Positions 10,983-24,138 of a stretch of DNA of 64,000 bases are shown here, in pieces. How positions within the stretch are numbered: position 1 is the first letter of the stretch; each line of letters opens with the position of its first letter. The notes below the pieces were generated by a model. It did not search any database and had not been told where the DNA came from. It saw only the letters and a program-made list of their open reading frames with translations. Source of the DNA: Selaginella moellendorffii (Eukaryota; Plantae; Lycopodiophyta); assembly GCF_000143415.4 (NCBI RefSeq), contig NW_003314301.1, forward strand, positions 282,259-346,258. The letters are read 5' to 3'. Both the position numbers and the translations under genes were made by a program.

Positions 10983-13900
10983 GCAGACATCCCTAGATTG
11001 CAGGAGTTGTGTTGCTGCTTTATGCAAGCTTGTACTACCTTAGAAGGGTGTAATGAACAAACTTAGTATATCTAACATGTGCAATGCTTCCCTGATCTCT
11101 TGCTAACACAGCCCGGTTGCTCTTTGCTTGCTAATGGCAACCTCACAATGCAAAACAATCACATGCACATGACTCAACCTCACAACACACTGCAGATGCT
11201 GATGTGGAATTGCTTCCCACTTTTATTCTTTAACTTTGAGATTCCTGGGATCTTAGGAAACGATCTTGTCCTCATCCTCAAACACCATAAGTAGTTTGCA
11301 ATGGTGGCAGCCTCCTTGCTTGGGCAAAAATGGCATGAGTTACAAGGAAATATACACTTCTACAGTTTTCTTCTTGGTAACCTTAGCTTTAAAAGGGGAC
11401 TCTGTTTGAGATCTGTGACTTGCAAAATAATCTTTATAGATACAAATTTTCAAACATACATCTTGAAATATAATTGAATTAGTACTTGCCCAGCAAATGC
11501 TGGATGAATATAAAAATAAATTTTATACACATGAGTGAGAGTTGAGCGAATGTGATATTCAGGCGTTGACTGTCCAAGTCTTCAAGAATGTTGTAGGGCT
11601 GTGTTTCCACTTTTTGCATGACAGCTTAGCTAGGGTAGTTATTTTGGGATCAAGGACTAGTTTATCTTGGTTAATTGTAGCTGGAGGATCTGATCTTGGC
11701 TGCTCACTCTCTCTTTTCTCCTTGCGGTTCTTTCTTGTGATTTTCTCTAGGTCTTCCTCCTCCTCAGCATTATCAAATACGGAGTTTTTCCTCCTCCTCA
11801 ACATCATGAAATATAGAGTTCTCCATATGCTAATGCTGTTGTGCCCATGTCATAACTCTAGACTTTGGTGTAGCTTGTTGGATGAAAATTGCATTGCTTT
11901 TTGCATGGCTTAAGCTTGTGCAGGCAATTATCCTACTTATGCAAGCCTTGTGTCTAACAAATTCCACATATAGGCTGGTACCTAATTTGTTTCCTCGGAT
12001 GCTGGCTTGTAGCTCATTGTTTGAACTAGAGGAGAAAATGGGTGTTGAAAGAAAATTAGTGCTCAAGCCGAAGATGGTAGTGATGACAGCAAGGTCTTGA
12101 TAGGAGATTTCCTGGCTTGTAAAAATAATATTCCTAGTGATTATTAGTTTGCCAACAATATTGGCACTTGTCTCAATTCATCACTGGTTGTGGACACTCA
12201 TTTGGGTAGTGTCCGTAATTGTTGCATCACACACTAGATGTCTTTTTGCTATTGCACAAACTACTTTGTGCCCCTTGGACCCAATTCAATTGCAAGTCAC
12301 TGTAGTTGTTGCTAGATTTGGACCTACACTCATTAAAGCTTGCCATTGTTGTTGTTGCTAGCAGCTATAGTCCATCATCCCAAGGCCTATTCTAAATATT
12401 GTTCCAAATACTAACAATGAGATAAGGAGAGAGAACATATAGAGAGAAAGGAAGGAGTTGTACTAGCTGGTCTTTGCTAAACATTTGCTACCTTATGGCT
12501 GGAATATCTCCATGTGCCATTGTTAGTTATTCTTAACCAACTCCAAAGCTTTCTACTAGCTACACACACACATTTTATATTATAACACAATACAATTGCA
12601 TTTTCTTGTCTTTTTTAGTTTCCTTAAGCAAATTTGTAGAGGAACTGAGATGGTAGTGAATATACCTAGAATATACTTGGATATTCTAGGATAGTCTACC
12701 ATCTAGCAGTTATAATTCATTTAGAGTAATTTTGTGTTTATAAATTATAAACTTTTATTTGATCAATTGAATTAATAAGTAGGAATAACAGTACTATTAA
12801 GAAAACCAAGCGTTGCTACATGAAACACATAGAAAGCTTTTCTCGAATAACTGATATTGATGTATTTACCTCGGTTTGAAGGTCATAACTTTAGAGATCC
12901 CATTTACAGTGGCTGACAAAAGAAAGCAGCCTTTTGGATAAGGATTGTCTTTACAGAGTTTGATGGCCATAGATAAATTAGTTGAAGTAAACATTTGAAG
13001 AAAGGTGATGGCCATCAAGCCATATACACAGTCAATGAGAGCATCATCCATTGTTACGTGCTGTGTTGTTGCTATAAGTGGATATCAACCGGCCATGTAC
13101 ACATATAACCATGAAAAAAAGATGCTCATTGTTGCACTCAATGCAGTGTCCAATCTGCAAGTTAATCCTAGATAGCCAAAATTTGTGGCAAACACACCAG
13201 CCCAAGGACACAAAGATGTCTTGAGAGGCAAAAGGAATTAAGCATTCCTTTATCTTAAATGAATAAATATAAGCCATTGAACAAATAAATATGACATACA
13301 TACCCCATCAAAGTTTCTTCGATACATAGACGTTATGGATTTCAAGTGGTCATGAATGGCATTCCATGGCGCTAGTCCAGGCGCATTGTAAACTATAGTT
13401 GGAGGTCCAATCTTGGAAGCATTATGATCACTTGATCCTTCAATGTTGTGAAATATTTTGAGTGGCATTTGATATCCAAACCATTTTGATTTGACTTTAT
13501 CATACACAAAAGACATACATGTTGCAAATTGAACCTAAGTATGGTAGTTATTATTAACAGCTGTATTGAAAGCTCAAACATACCTTGTAAATATACTCAA
13601 AGTCTTAAGCATGTTTGTGCTCTGCTCATTTAGGTCAACTGAGGAAGTATGCTGCAGCAGTGCAAAATGCTAATGATGTGGTTTCTAGCGTGAGATCATG
13701 CAAAAGAACCAAGTTGGATATAGGAATTATATCAAGCATAGGTGGCCTCAATGGTGGGAACTCACAAACTAGGGAGGAAGCAATAATATCAATAGAAAAT
13801 CTAAAGGAATAGACCACCAAACATATCAGCAATATGTTGAGAAAGAGAAGCTGTAGCAATATGAACACCACTAATATCAATGAAGTCAACATTGGGGGAG

Positions 13901-16032
13901 GTGGTAGAGTTAGTTCTCCGCAAGCTGTTGCAGAAGCCATCATAAGTTCCATAGCAAGATAGGGTGTATAGTAGCAATGGTGAGCTCCAGATAGCAGCTG
14001 CAAGTTAGTAATTTGATCCACTAAGGAGTGGCCACTGGCTTTGAAAATGCTACTTGTAATAGAACACCATAGATTATCTTGTGATATGTCACTAATGTGA
14101 CGCTTTGCTGTGTCAAAAAATAGTAAGAAAATATCACCCAAAATTTCTTTTTTACTTAGTGGTAGCATTGAATCAAAAGTTGAAGTGAAGTAATCCACAT
14201 ATAGTTTTGTAAGAATGTTGTAAGAAACCATGTTAAGAGAAAACCATGTATCTGTTGAAATAAATGCCATCACAGTGGTAGGTGTTGCATGGTTGGCATG
14301 AAATAAACATACCACTAATGTCAAGTATGCTATTAGAACTTTTGCCAACTAAAATGCAAATTAAAATATCATTTGAAAGAAAAAGTGTAGCATACCACTA
14401 TTGTTAGGAGTGCCACTTGACTTTACGTTAAATTTGATTAATGAAAAAAGCAAAAAATGTCAGTAATACATGCTAGAAATGTTGTGGTGCTTGGTGACAT
14501 TAGGTTTTGTTGCAACATAGTTCACAACTGCGTCATTATTATTCCCAAGCTTAGTGGTTGCTATAGCATTCTTAGAATGTTAAAAGAAAATTTTGGTTAT
14601 AATGGAAACTATACTTGGGTGTAAGTTCAAGAACTTGCTACATACGTCATCAAGAGTTTGATCTGATGAATGGGACTTGCTATTGTGAACCTCCTGAACC
14701 TACAATGTGCTAGAAATGTAGTCAACTGCATCATCACTTGAAGACAACAGACACAAAACAAAGAAGAACTTTTGGAATGTTGAAAGCCTAATAAACATAT
14801 GGTAAATAGGCCCAATGCATGTACTAATATTGACATGTTGCATAGAGGCAGACACTGCTGTTGCAGAAGAATGATCCGAACAATCCAAAGAGTAGCAGTA
14901 GCAACACTACAGCCTAATGCATCTCCTTAGTGCACTCACCGAGATTCTCACCAAATTGGAGAAGCTGAACAAGCTGCTGCTTACTGTTGAATCAAAGGGC
15001 AATTGCTACACCAAGCATATATATTAAAAAAGACATGTTGGAGCTGTACACGTGGAAAGCAAGGAAGCAAACTGTAAGGTTTTTTCTATTATGACTTTCC
15101 GATTTATGATAAATATGGCGATTCCAATTTATTAGAAAGAGTGTGAACCGTTTGTTCCTAGCTTAGTAAACCCCTAACCATGCGCTTGCCATGTTTGGGG
15201 ACAACATTACTGTTGCAATTACTCTTAACCAAGCTTGTGCTGTTAAGATTCAAGAAGCTGGCAAATCACATCAAGTCACAGTTACCCAATGTCCAGGTCA
15301 ACAGCCTTCTTGATGGGCGGCCAGGCCTGAATCGAGCTTCACCCTTGAGCAGCCCACTCCATGGATCTAGCTGCCAGTGATGTCATCCATCTGGCATGGC
15401 CACTCATAGAAGTTGATCTATAATAACCATGACTTTAAATTGAAAAATAAATAATATAAAAGAAAATACAGTTGACCATATACCTTTTAGAAAATTCTAC
15501 ATTATTCATTACAATAAAAATACATTATTTATTTAAATCTCTTATAATAATTTATTTAAATCTCTTATAAATATGAATAAACCGAGAAACGATATTGTAT
15601 TATTGAAATTATGCTAGATTAAACTGTATACTAGTTTAAGAGAAACAACCAAAAAACTTTGGTAAATAACGAATATACTAATTTAAATATAGTTTATCTC
15701 TGGTTTCTACTGCATCTTTTGTGAAATCTGTAATTAAGGAACCAGAATCCAGTTCTAAACGTGAAACGTTCAAGTTGGTAGGACCGATAAATTGCATGGA
15801 CCAGATAACTGTATGGAAAACGTGCACCGTATAAAACGACAAGATTTCTCTCCAAGTATGTGGCTACGTGTGTAACGTACAGAATACGGACCACACGGAA
15901 ATAAAAAACGTGAAATGTGATCTCTAATAGCTCTGATAGTATAAAAGACCCTTCTCCAGCCTCTGTTTCCTCAACCCACAGAGGAGTAGAAAACATTCTC
16001 CAATCAAGTTGATCAGATCGATCAAACAGTTT

Positions 16033-16132
16033 NNNNNNNNNNNNNNNNNNNNNNNNNNNNNNNNNNNNNNNNNNNNNNNNNNNNNNNNNNNNNNNNNNNN
16101 NNNNNNNNNNNNNNNNNNNNNNNNNNNNNNNN
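16033..16132. other. Assembly gap (100 N) covering the start of oxygenase copy 2
   Basis: Run of N; the paralog shows ~80 nt between the same flanks. Confidence 1.
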
Positions 16133-17109
16133 GCAAGAGAGAAGAGAGGGCACGATTTCTAGCGTCGCTCCACCCCGTGAGAGACGCACACAAGATCTTG
16201 TGGTACATGTACTCGGTGGAATTCCCCTTCCTCTCGCAAAAGGCGCTCGAGTTTGGCACAATCCGCACGCTCGGCATCCCGGGGATCACAAATTTGCTCT
16301 TCAAGACCAAGTACGGCCTCAAGGATCCGCAGAAGCGCGCCGCCGAGACCAACATTCTGGTGAGCGAGATGATCCACCACCACGTCGACAGCGATCGCGG
16401 CTCATACGCGGTGAGGAGATTGAATGGAATCCACAACAAATTCAAGATCCCAAACGACCAATTCGCCTACGTCCTCTGCCTCAACGTGGTCAGCCCCATT
16501 GATTTCTCCGAGAGATTTGGATTCCGCAAGTGGACCGACAACGAGAAGGAGGCCGCGTATGTTGTGTGGCACGACGTGGGCGTGAGGATGGGCATCACAA
16601 CCATCCCAGATAGCATTCCAGAGATGCGGGAGTACATTCGCGATTACGAGGCCAAGAACGCCATCTTGACGGACAAGAACAAGAGCATCGTCCAGGATCT
16701 CAAGCATCTGGTGCTGGATGCATTTCCTCGCCCCGTGCAGCCGCTGGTCGAGACTGGGATCTGTGCACTCATCGATCCCACAATCAGGAGCGCTGTTGGA
16801 TTGGAAAAGCCTCCAGCAATTGTGGAGTGGATCATCTTGGGTGCATTCAAGCTGCTGGCCGGGAGCTTCGTGTCCGCGTTCTTGCCTCCCAGACGTGTGG
16901 AGGATGCAAAGGGCAGCATTGAGGTGGACTGGTGTCCTAATCCCGCTGCCAACCCGGAAGAGTACCGGCAGCTCAACGTGAATGTGTATCGGCCACCGGC
17001 ATTTGAGAAGGGATACAAGCTGGCGGAGCTGGGAGCGCTGAAATCAGGCAAGCTTGGACCATACTACGATGGAGGCTTGCGCTGCCCCTTCCGGCAAATG
17101 CACGCATAG
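16066..17109 (+). CDS. MpaB/Lcp-family oxygenase-like protein, copy 2 (start codon inside gap; start coordinate estimated from paralog length)
   Basis: Visible portion is identical in protein to copies 1 and 3. Confidence 0.8.
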   Translation, partial: XXXXXXXXXXXXXXXXXXXXXXXKREERARFLASLHPVRDAHKILWYMYSVEFPFLSQKALEFGTIRTLGIPGITNLLFKTKYGLKDPQKRAAETNILVSEMIHHHVDSDRGSYAVRRLNGIHNKFKIPNDQFAYVLCLNVVSPIDFSERFGFRKWTDNEKEAAYVVWHDVGVRMGITTIPDSIPEMREYIRDYEAKNAILTDKNKSIVQDLKHLVLDAFPRPVQPLVETGICALIDPTIRSAVGLEKPPAIVEWIILGAFKLLAGSFVSAFLPPRRVEDAKGSIEVDWCPNPAANPEEYRQLNVNVYRPPAFEKGYKLAELGALKSGKLGPYYDGGLRCPFRQMHA

Positions 17110-18540
17110 AAATAGAACGGGCATAGGACATTCGTTCGGAGAACAAAGCATCATTTGAAAATGCGTAGTTTACGTGAATCTTTTTGTAATTTTTGCAGAA
17201 CAATATGGGATCCAAACAATTTAGAAACACGCTCTGGCTAAAGACAATGATTCTAAGATATTGCAGGTTGTAGTTAGAAGTCTCAGTTGACACGCTCACT
17301 TTACACCTAAGAGAAGGAAAAGCTTGTCAAGCGGAAGGAACAAAGGTCAAAAGCTTACCTCCACGAGAAAACCTCACGTTAATCCATGGGGCCTCAGCAC
17401 GGGGCATGCCCACCATCAGGTGCGAACTGCCAAACTTTCCTTGGAGTCCAGTGCCGCACTCGCTGGCCAATCAGGATACCCGAGTGCAACTTGAGCTCTC
17501 CCACTGAGATGGCTGCAAAGCCGCTTTCAAAGCTCGGCATCCCCCATGCCTGTTCAAAGCAACAGACTCTAAACACACGAACAAAACTCACCTTGGCACC
17601 ATGCCTGTTCAAGGCAAAAGACTTTAAACACACGACAAAAACTCACCTTGGAGCAGTAGTACAACCAGCCAACAGGGTGCAGGAATCGTAAGGTCCTTCG
17701 ATAACAAGGATGCTCTCCAGGCTGCAAACTTATCCCGAACCTCCTGCTTGGTGAAGGCCTCTTCCGATATCGGCTCTCTGGGTGAGTCAGGGAACGGATG
17801 CAGAGAAGCTTCAACCAGCTGGTTTCCCTTAACCTGCACATATCCATTGATCTCATAAATGGCATATCGCCATTCTCTCATGTCCATGGCATACAGAAAA
17901 CAAACAGAAATTGATTTCAAAACACGAAACTAGAAACTGGTACATGGTCTTGCTTGCTTCCCTAAGCTGGCAGTGATCCACGTACATGAAAACCTGTACC
18001 AGATCTTAACGCAGATTTCAGATACTAACCAGCTTTACGTAGCAGATCGCAGTGCTTCACATCAATTCCCAATCTTAGTGTACGCACATCCAGGATCGGA
18101 ATGCCAATCAAGCCCTCCTCAGAGGAGGTGACATCGTTAGTAGGTTGATCAACGCCATCATGTGGAAACTCCAGGTCCAGAAAAACGGCCTCCTCATCCT
18201 GTGCCTCCTCATCCTCCTCCAACTCTAAGCCCATTTCTAACTGGAACTGCCGCCACTCTGGTTCTTGCTCATCGTGCTTACAGTCTGCCTTGTACAGCAT
18301 GAAAAGGGCAAATGAACACAAGAGCCTAGAGAAAATGCTTGCCGGCCCTTGTCTTGGAAAACCAATGTGGCGTACACATCTTTAACCTCCAACTACACGC
18401 ACGGCGCTCTCCCTTCCTGGAAACATCTTTCGATTATACCTGGAATGTCGAGAAACTTAGACACAAGACGAGGTCAAGAATCCTTACCGATCATAGGGAG
18501 GCGTGGCATCTGGGATCTGTTCGATCAGCCCGTACCTCTT

Positions 18541-21500
18541 CTTAAATTCCTCTTCAGTAATCTTGCTAGGTGACACTTGGAATAGTGGTGCTTCTTGCTG
18601 TAGCGCTGCAAGTTGTGCTGTGGGAGCAACGCCTTGAGCAGAGCCCTAATGTGTTCCAAAGACGAACACAAACCTGCATCCCTCTGTTTCTTATGAGCTG
18701 CCCCCCTCCACCTCTTTTGACTTTGGTGACTCTCTTTTGGTGATGACGGCATTGCTGTATATGATCACGGTCACGGACTTGCCCCGAGGATGGGTGATTC
18801 CACCTTGATTTTCAATCTGACATTGCTTGCCACAATCTACATGGAATCAAGGAGTTTGAAACAATGCTTTAGCAAACTCTTAAGCTTTTGAAGTTTAGAC
18901 AAAGTCCATTGAGCTCAAAGAACCTAGACATGAAAGGTTCTGGGAAGGATAGTGAGAACTTGGATCACTGTCACAATCTTGGAATCCTTTGAGACTGCCC
19001 AGATGTTCGTCTGGGCAGCTCACAGTGTGGAATGAGTCAAATATTTGTCACCCAGCCCATCAGCCAGAGCAACTACCAAACAACAAAAAGACTTGGAACA
19101 AGATTTTTACTTGCTAATGGCAGCCTCACAATGCAAAATAAGCACATGCACATGACTCAACCTCACAGCACACTGCAGATGCTGATGTGGAATTGCTTCC
19201 CACTTTTATTCTTTAACTTTGAGATTCCTGGGATCTTAGGAAACGATCTTGTCCTCATCCTCAAACACCATAAGTAGTTTGCAATGGTGGCAACCTCCTT
19301 GCTTGGGCAAAAATGGCATGAGTTACAAGGAAACAAACACTTCTACAGTTTTCTTCTTGGTAACCTTAGCTTTAAAAGGGGACTCTATTTGAGATCTGTG
19401 ACTTGCAAAATAATCTTTATAGCTACAAATTTTCAAACATACATCTTGCAATATAATTGAATTAGTACTTGCCCAGCAAATGCTGGATGAATGTAAAAAT
19501 AAATTTATACACGTGAGTGAGAGCTGAGTGAATGTGATATTCAGGCATTGACTATCCAAGTCTTGAAGAATGTTGTAGGGCTGTGTTTCCACTTTTTGCG
19601 TGACAGCTTAGCCAAGGTAGTTATTTTGGCATTAGAGACTGGTTTATCTTGGTTAATTGTAGTGGGAGGATCTGATCTTGGCTGCTCACTCTCTCTTTTC
19701 TCCTTGCGGTTTTTTCTTGCAATTTTCTCTAGGTCTTCCTCCTCCTCAGCATCATCAAGTATAGAATTCTTCCTCCTCCTCAACATCATGAAATACAGAG
19801 TTCTCCATATGCTAATGCTGTTGTGCCCATGTCATAACTCTAGATTTTGGTGCAGCTTGTTGGATGAAAATTGCATTGCTTTCTGCTTGGCTTAAGCTTG
19901 TGCAGGCAATTGTCCTGCTTATGCAAGCCTTGTGTCTGACAAATTCCACATATAGGTTGGTACTGTTTCCTCATATGCTAGCTTGTAGCTCATTATCTGA
20001 ATTGGAGGAGAAAATGGGTGTTGAAAGAAAACTGGTGCTCAAGCCAAAGATGGCAGTGATGACGGCAAGGTCTTGATGTAACTTGCAGGAGATTTCCTGG
20101 CTTGTAAAAATAATCTTCCTAGTGATGATTAGTTTGCCAACAATAGTGGCACTTGTCTCAATTCATCACTAGTTGTGAACACTCATTTGGGTAGTGTTCA
20201 TAATTGTTGCATCACACACACTAGATGTCTTTTTGCTACTGTATGGCCTACTTTGTGCCCCTCGGACCCAATTCAATTGCAAGTCATTGTAGTTGTTGGA
20301 TCTGGACCTACACTCATTAAAGCTTGCTATTGTTGTTGTTGCTAGCAGCTATAGTCCATCATCCTAAGGCATATTCCAAATATTGTTCCAAATACTAACA
20401 ATGAGACAAGGAGAGAGAACACATAGAGAGAAAGGAAGGAGTTGTACTAGCTGGTCTTTGTTACACATTTGCTACCTTATGGCTGGAATATCTCTATGTG
20501 CCATTGTTAGTTACTGTTGACCAACTCCAAAGCTTTCTACTAGCTACACACACACATTTTATGTTATTAGTTGCATTTTTTTGTCTGTTTTTGGTTTCCT
20601 TAAGCAAATTTGTAGAGGAATTGGGATGGTAGTGGATTATATTTATTATTTATAAACATGTTTATATATAAACTTGCTTAAACACTTTCTACTATACTAT
20701 TTTTTATTCTACCATCTAATGGTTGATATGAAATAAGATTAATCTTGTGTTTATAAAATATAAACTTTTATTTGATCAATTGAATTAATAAGTAGGAATA
20801 ACAGTACTATTAAGAAAACCAAGAAACATATAGAAAACATATAGAAACATATAGAAACATGAAACATATAGAAAGTTTTTCTCGAATAACTGATATTGAT
20901 GTATTTACCTCAGTTTGAAGGCCATAGTTTTAGAGATCCCATTTACAGTGGCTGACAAAAGAAAGCCACCTTCTGGATAAGGATTGTCTTTACAGAGTTT
21001 GATGGCCATAGATAAATCAGTTGAAGTAAACATTTGAAGAAAGGTGATGGCCATCAATCCATATGCACGGTCAATGAGAGCATCATCCATTGTTACGTGC
21101 TGTGTTGAGTTGCTATAAGTGGATATCAACCAGCCATGTACACATATAACCCTGAAAAAAGGATGGTTATTGTTGCACTCAATGCAGTGTCCAATCTGCA
21201 AGTTAATCCTAGATAGCCAAAATTTGTGGCAAAAACACTAGCCCAAGGACATAGAGATGTCTTGAGAGGAAAAAGGAATTAAGCATCCCTTTATCTTAAA
21301 TGAATAAATATAAGCCATTGAACAAATAAATATGACATACATACCCCATCAAAGTCTCTTCGATACATAGAAGTTATGGATTTCAAGTGGTCATGAATTG
21401 CATTCAATGGTGCTAGCCCAGGCACATTGTAAACTATAGTTGGAGGTCCAATCTAAGAAGCATTATGATCACTTGTTCCTTTGATGTTGTGAAATATTTT

Positions 21501-24138
21501 GAGTGGCATTTGACATCCAAACCATTTTGATTTGACTTTATCATACACGAAAGACATACATGCTTTGCTACATACGTCGTCAAGAGTTTGATCTGATGAA
21601 TGAGACTTGCTATTGTGAACCTCCTAAACCTGTGATGTGTTAGAAATGTAGCCAACTACATCATCACTTGAAGACGACAGACAAAAACAAAAAAGAACTT
21701 TTGGAATGTTGAAAGCCTAAGAAACATGCCCAATGCATGTACTAATATTGACACGTTGCATGGAGGAAGCCACTGCTGTTGCAGAAGAATGATTCGAACA
21801 ATCCAAAGAGTAGCAGCAGCAACACTGCAGCCTGATGCATCTCCTTAGTGCACTCACCCAGATTCTCACCAAATTGGAGAAGCCGAACAAGCTGCTGCAA
21901 TTGCTACACCAAGCATATATATTAAAAAAGAGATGTTGGAGCTGTCAACGTGGAAAGCAAGGAAGCAAATTGTAAGGTTTTTTCTATTATGACTTTCCAA
22001 TTTATGATAAGATATGGCAATTCCAATTTATTAGAAAGAGTGTGAACCGTTTGTTCCTAGCTTAGTAAACCCCTAACCATGCGCTTGCCATGTTTGGGGA
22101 CAACATTATTGTTGCAATTACTCTTAACCAAGCTTGTGCTGTTAAGCTTCAAGAGCTTCAAGAGTGGTAGTAAGAAGCTGCCAAATCACATCAAGTCACA
22201 GTTACCCAATGTCCAGGTCAACAGCCTCCTTGATGGGCGCTCGAGCAGCCCACTCCATGGATCTAGCTGCCAGTGATGTCATCCATCCGGCATGGCTGCT
22301 CCAAGAGCTTTACACCAAATGCATAGAAGTTGATCTATAATAACCATGACTTTAAATTGAAAAATAAATAATATAAAAGAAAATAAACTTGACCATATAC
22401 CTTTTAGAAAATTCTAGATTATTCATTACAATAAAAATAGATTATTTATTTAAATCTCTTATAAATATGAATAAACCGAGAAACCATATTGTATTATATG
22501 GTTAGTTTAAGAGAGACAACGGTAAATAATGAATATACTAATTTAAATATAGTTTATCTCTGGCATCTTTTGTGAAATCTGTAATTAAGGAACCAGAATC
22601 CAGTTCTAAACGTGAAACGTTCAAGTTGGTAGGACCGATAAATTGCATGGACCAGATAACTGTATGGAAAACGTGCAGCGTATAAAACAACAAGATTTCT
22701 CTCCAAGTATGTGGCTATGTGTGTAACGTACAGAATACGGATCACACGGAAATAAAAAACGTGAAATGTGATCTCTAATAGCTCTGATAGTATAAAAGAC
22801 CCCTCTCCAGCCTCTGTTTCCTCAACCCACAGAGGAGTAGAAAACATTCTCCAATCAAGTTGATCAGATCGATCAAACAGTTTTCACCATTTCGAAATGG
22901 CTGCAATCGTGTTGATGATTGCGTTTCTTGTGATGGCTGCAGCATGGAAGATGGTGTGTATCCGCAAGAGAGAAGAGAGGGCACGATTTCTAGCGTCGCT
23001 CCACCCCGTGAGAGACGCACACAAGATCTTGTGGTACATGTACTCGGTGGAATTCCCCTTCCTCTCGCAAAAGGCGCTCGAGTTTGGCACAATCCGTACG
23101 CTCGGCATCCCGGGGATCACAAATCTGCTCTTCAAGACCAAGTACGGCCTCAAGGATCCGCAGAAGCGCGCCGCCGAGACCAACATTCTGGTGAGCGAGA
23201 TGATCCACCACCACGTCGACAGTGATCGCGGCTCATACGCGGTGAGGAGATTGAATGGAATCCACAACAAATTCAAAATCCCAAACGACCAATTCGCCTA
23301 CGTCCTCTGCCTCAACGTGGTCAGCCCCATTGATTTCTCCGAGAGATTTGGATTCCGCAAGTGGACCGACAACGAGAAGGAGGCCGCGTATGTTGTGTGG
23401 CACGACGTGGGCGTGAGGATGGGCATCACAACAATCCCAGATAGCATTCCAGAGATGCGGGAGTACATTCGCGATTACGAGGCCAAGAACGCCATCTTGA
23501 CGGACAAGAACAAGAGCATCGTCCAGGATCTCAAGCATCTGGTGCTGGATGCATTTCCTCGCCCCGTGCAGCCGCTGGTCGAGACTGGGATCTGTGCACT
23601 CATCGATCCCACAATCAGGAGCGCTGTTGGATTGGAAAAGCCTCCAGCAATTGTGGAGTGGATCATCTTGGGTGCGTTCAAGCTGCTGGCCGGGAGCTTC
23701 GTGTCCGCGTTCTTGCCTCCCAGACGTGTGGAGGATGCAAAGGGCAGCATTGAGGTGGACTGGTGTCCTAATCCCGCTGCCAATCCGGAAGAGTACCGGC
23801 AGCTCAACGTGAATGTGTATCGGCCACCGGCATTTGAGAAGGGATACAAGCTGGCGGAGCTGGGAGCGCTGAAATCAGGCAAGCTTGGACCATACTACGA
23901 TGGAGGCTTGCGCTGCCCCTTCCGGCAAATGCACGCATAGAAATAGAACGGGCATAGGACATTCGTTCGGAGAACAAAGCATCATTTGAAAATGCGTAGT
24001 TTACGTGAATCTTTTTGTAATTTTTGCAGAACAATATGGGATCCAAACAATTTAGAAACACGCTCTGGCTAAAGACAATGATTCTAAGATATTACAGGTT
24101 GTAGTTAGAAGTCTAAGTTGACACGCTCACTTTACACC
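18541..24138 (+). repeat. Amplicon unit 4 (tandem with unit 3, with internal deletions)
   Basis: Repeats unit 3 in direct orientation; lacks ~1.1 kb at ~21563 and other blocks. Confidence 0.9.
22897..23940 (+). CDS. MpaB/Lcp-family oxygenase-like protein, copy 3, 347 aa
   Basis: Protein identical to copy 1. Confidence 0.85.
   Translation: MAAIVLMIAFLVMAAAWKMVCIRKREERARFLASLHPVRDAHKILWYMYSVEFPFLSQKALEFGTIRTLGIPGITNLLFKTKYGLKDPQKRAAETNILVSEMIHHHVDSDRGSYAVRRLNGIHNKFKIPNDQFAYVLCLNVVSPIDFSERFGFRKWTDNEKEAAYVVWHDVGVRMGITTIPDSIPEMREYIRDYEAKNAILTDKNKSIVQDLKHLVLDAFPRPVQPLVETGICALIDPTIRSAVGLEKPPAIVEWIILGAFKLLAGSFVSAFLPPRRVEDAKGSIEVDWCPNPAANPEEYRQLNVNVYRPPAFEKGYKLAELGALKSGKLGPYYDGGLRCPFRQMHA

Larger units (their letters stand above)
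10983..18540 (+). repeat. Amplicon unit 3 (inverted relative to units 1 and 2)
   Basis: Reverse complement of ~4380->1, then ~8415->5040; contains oxygenase copy 2. Confidence 0.9.
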
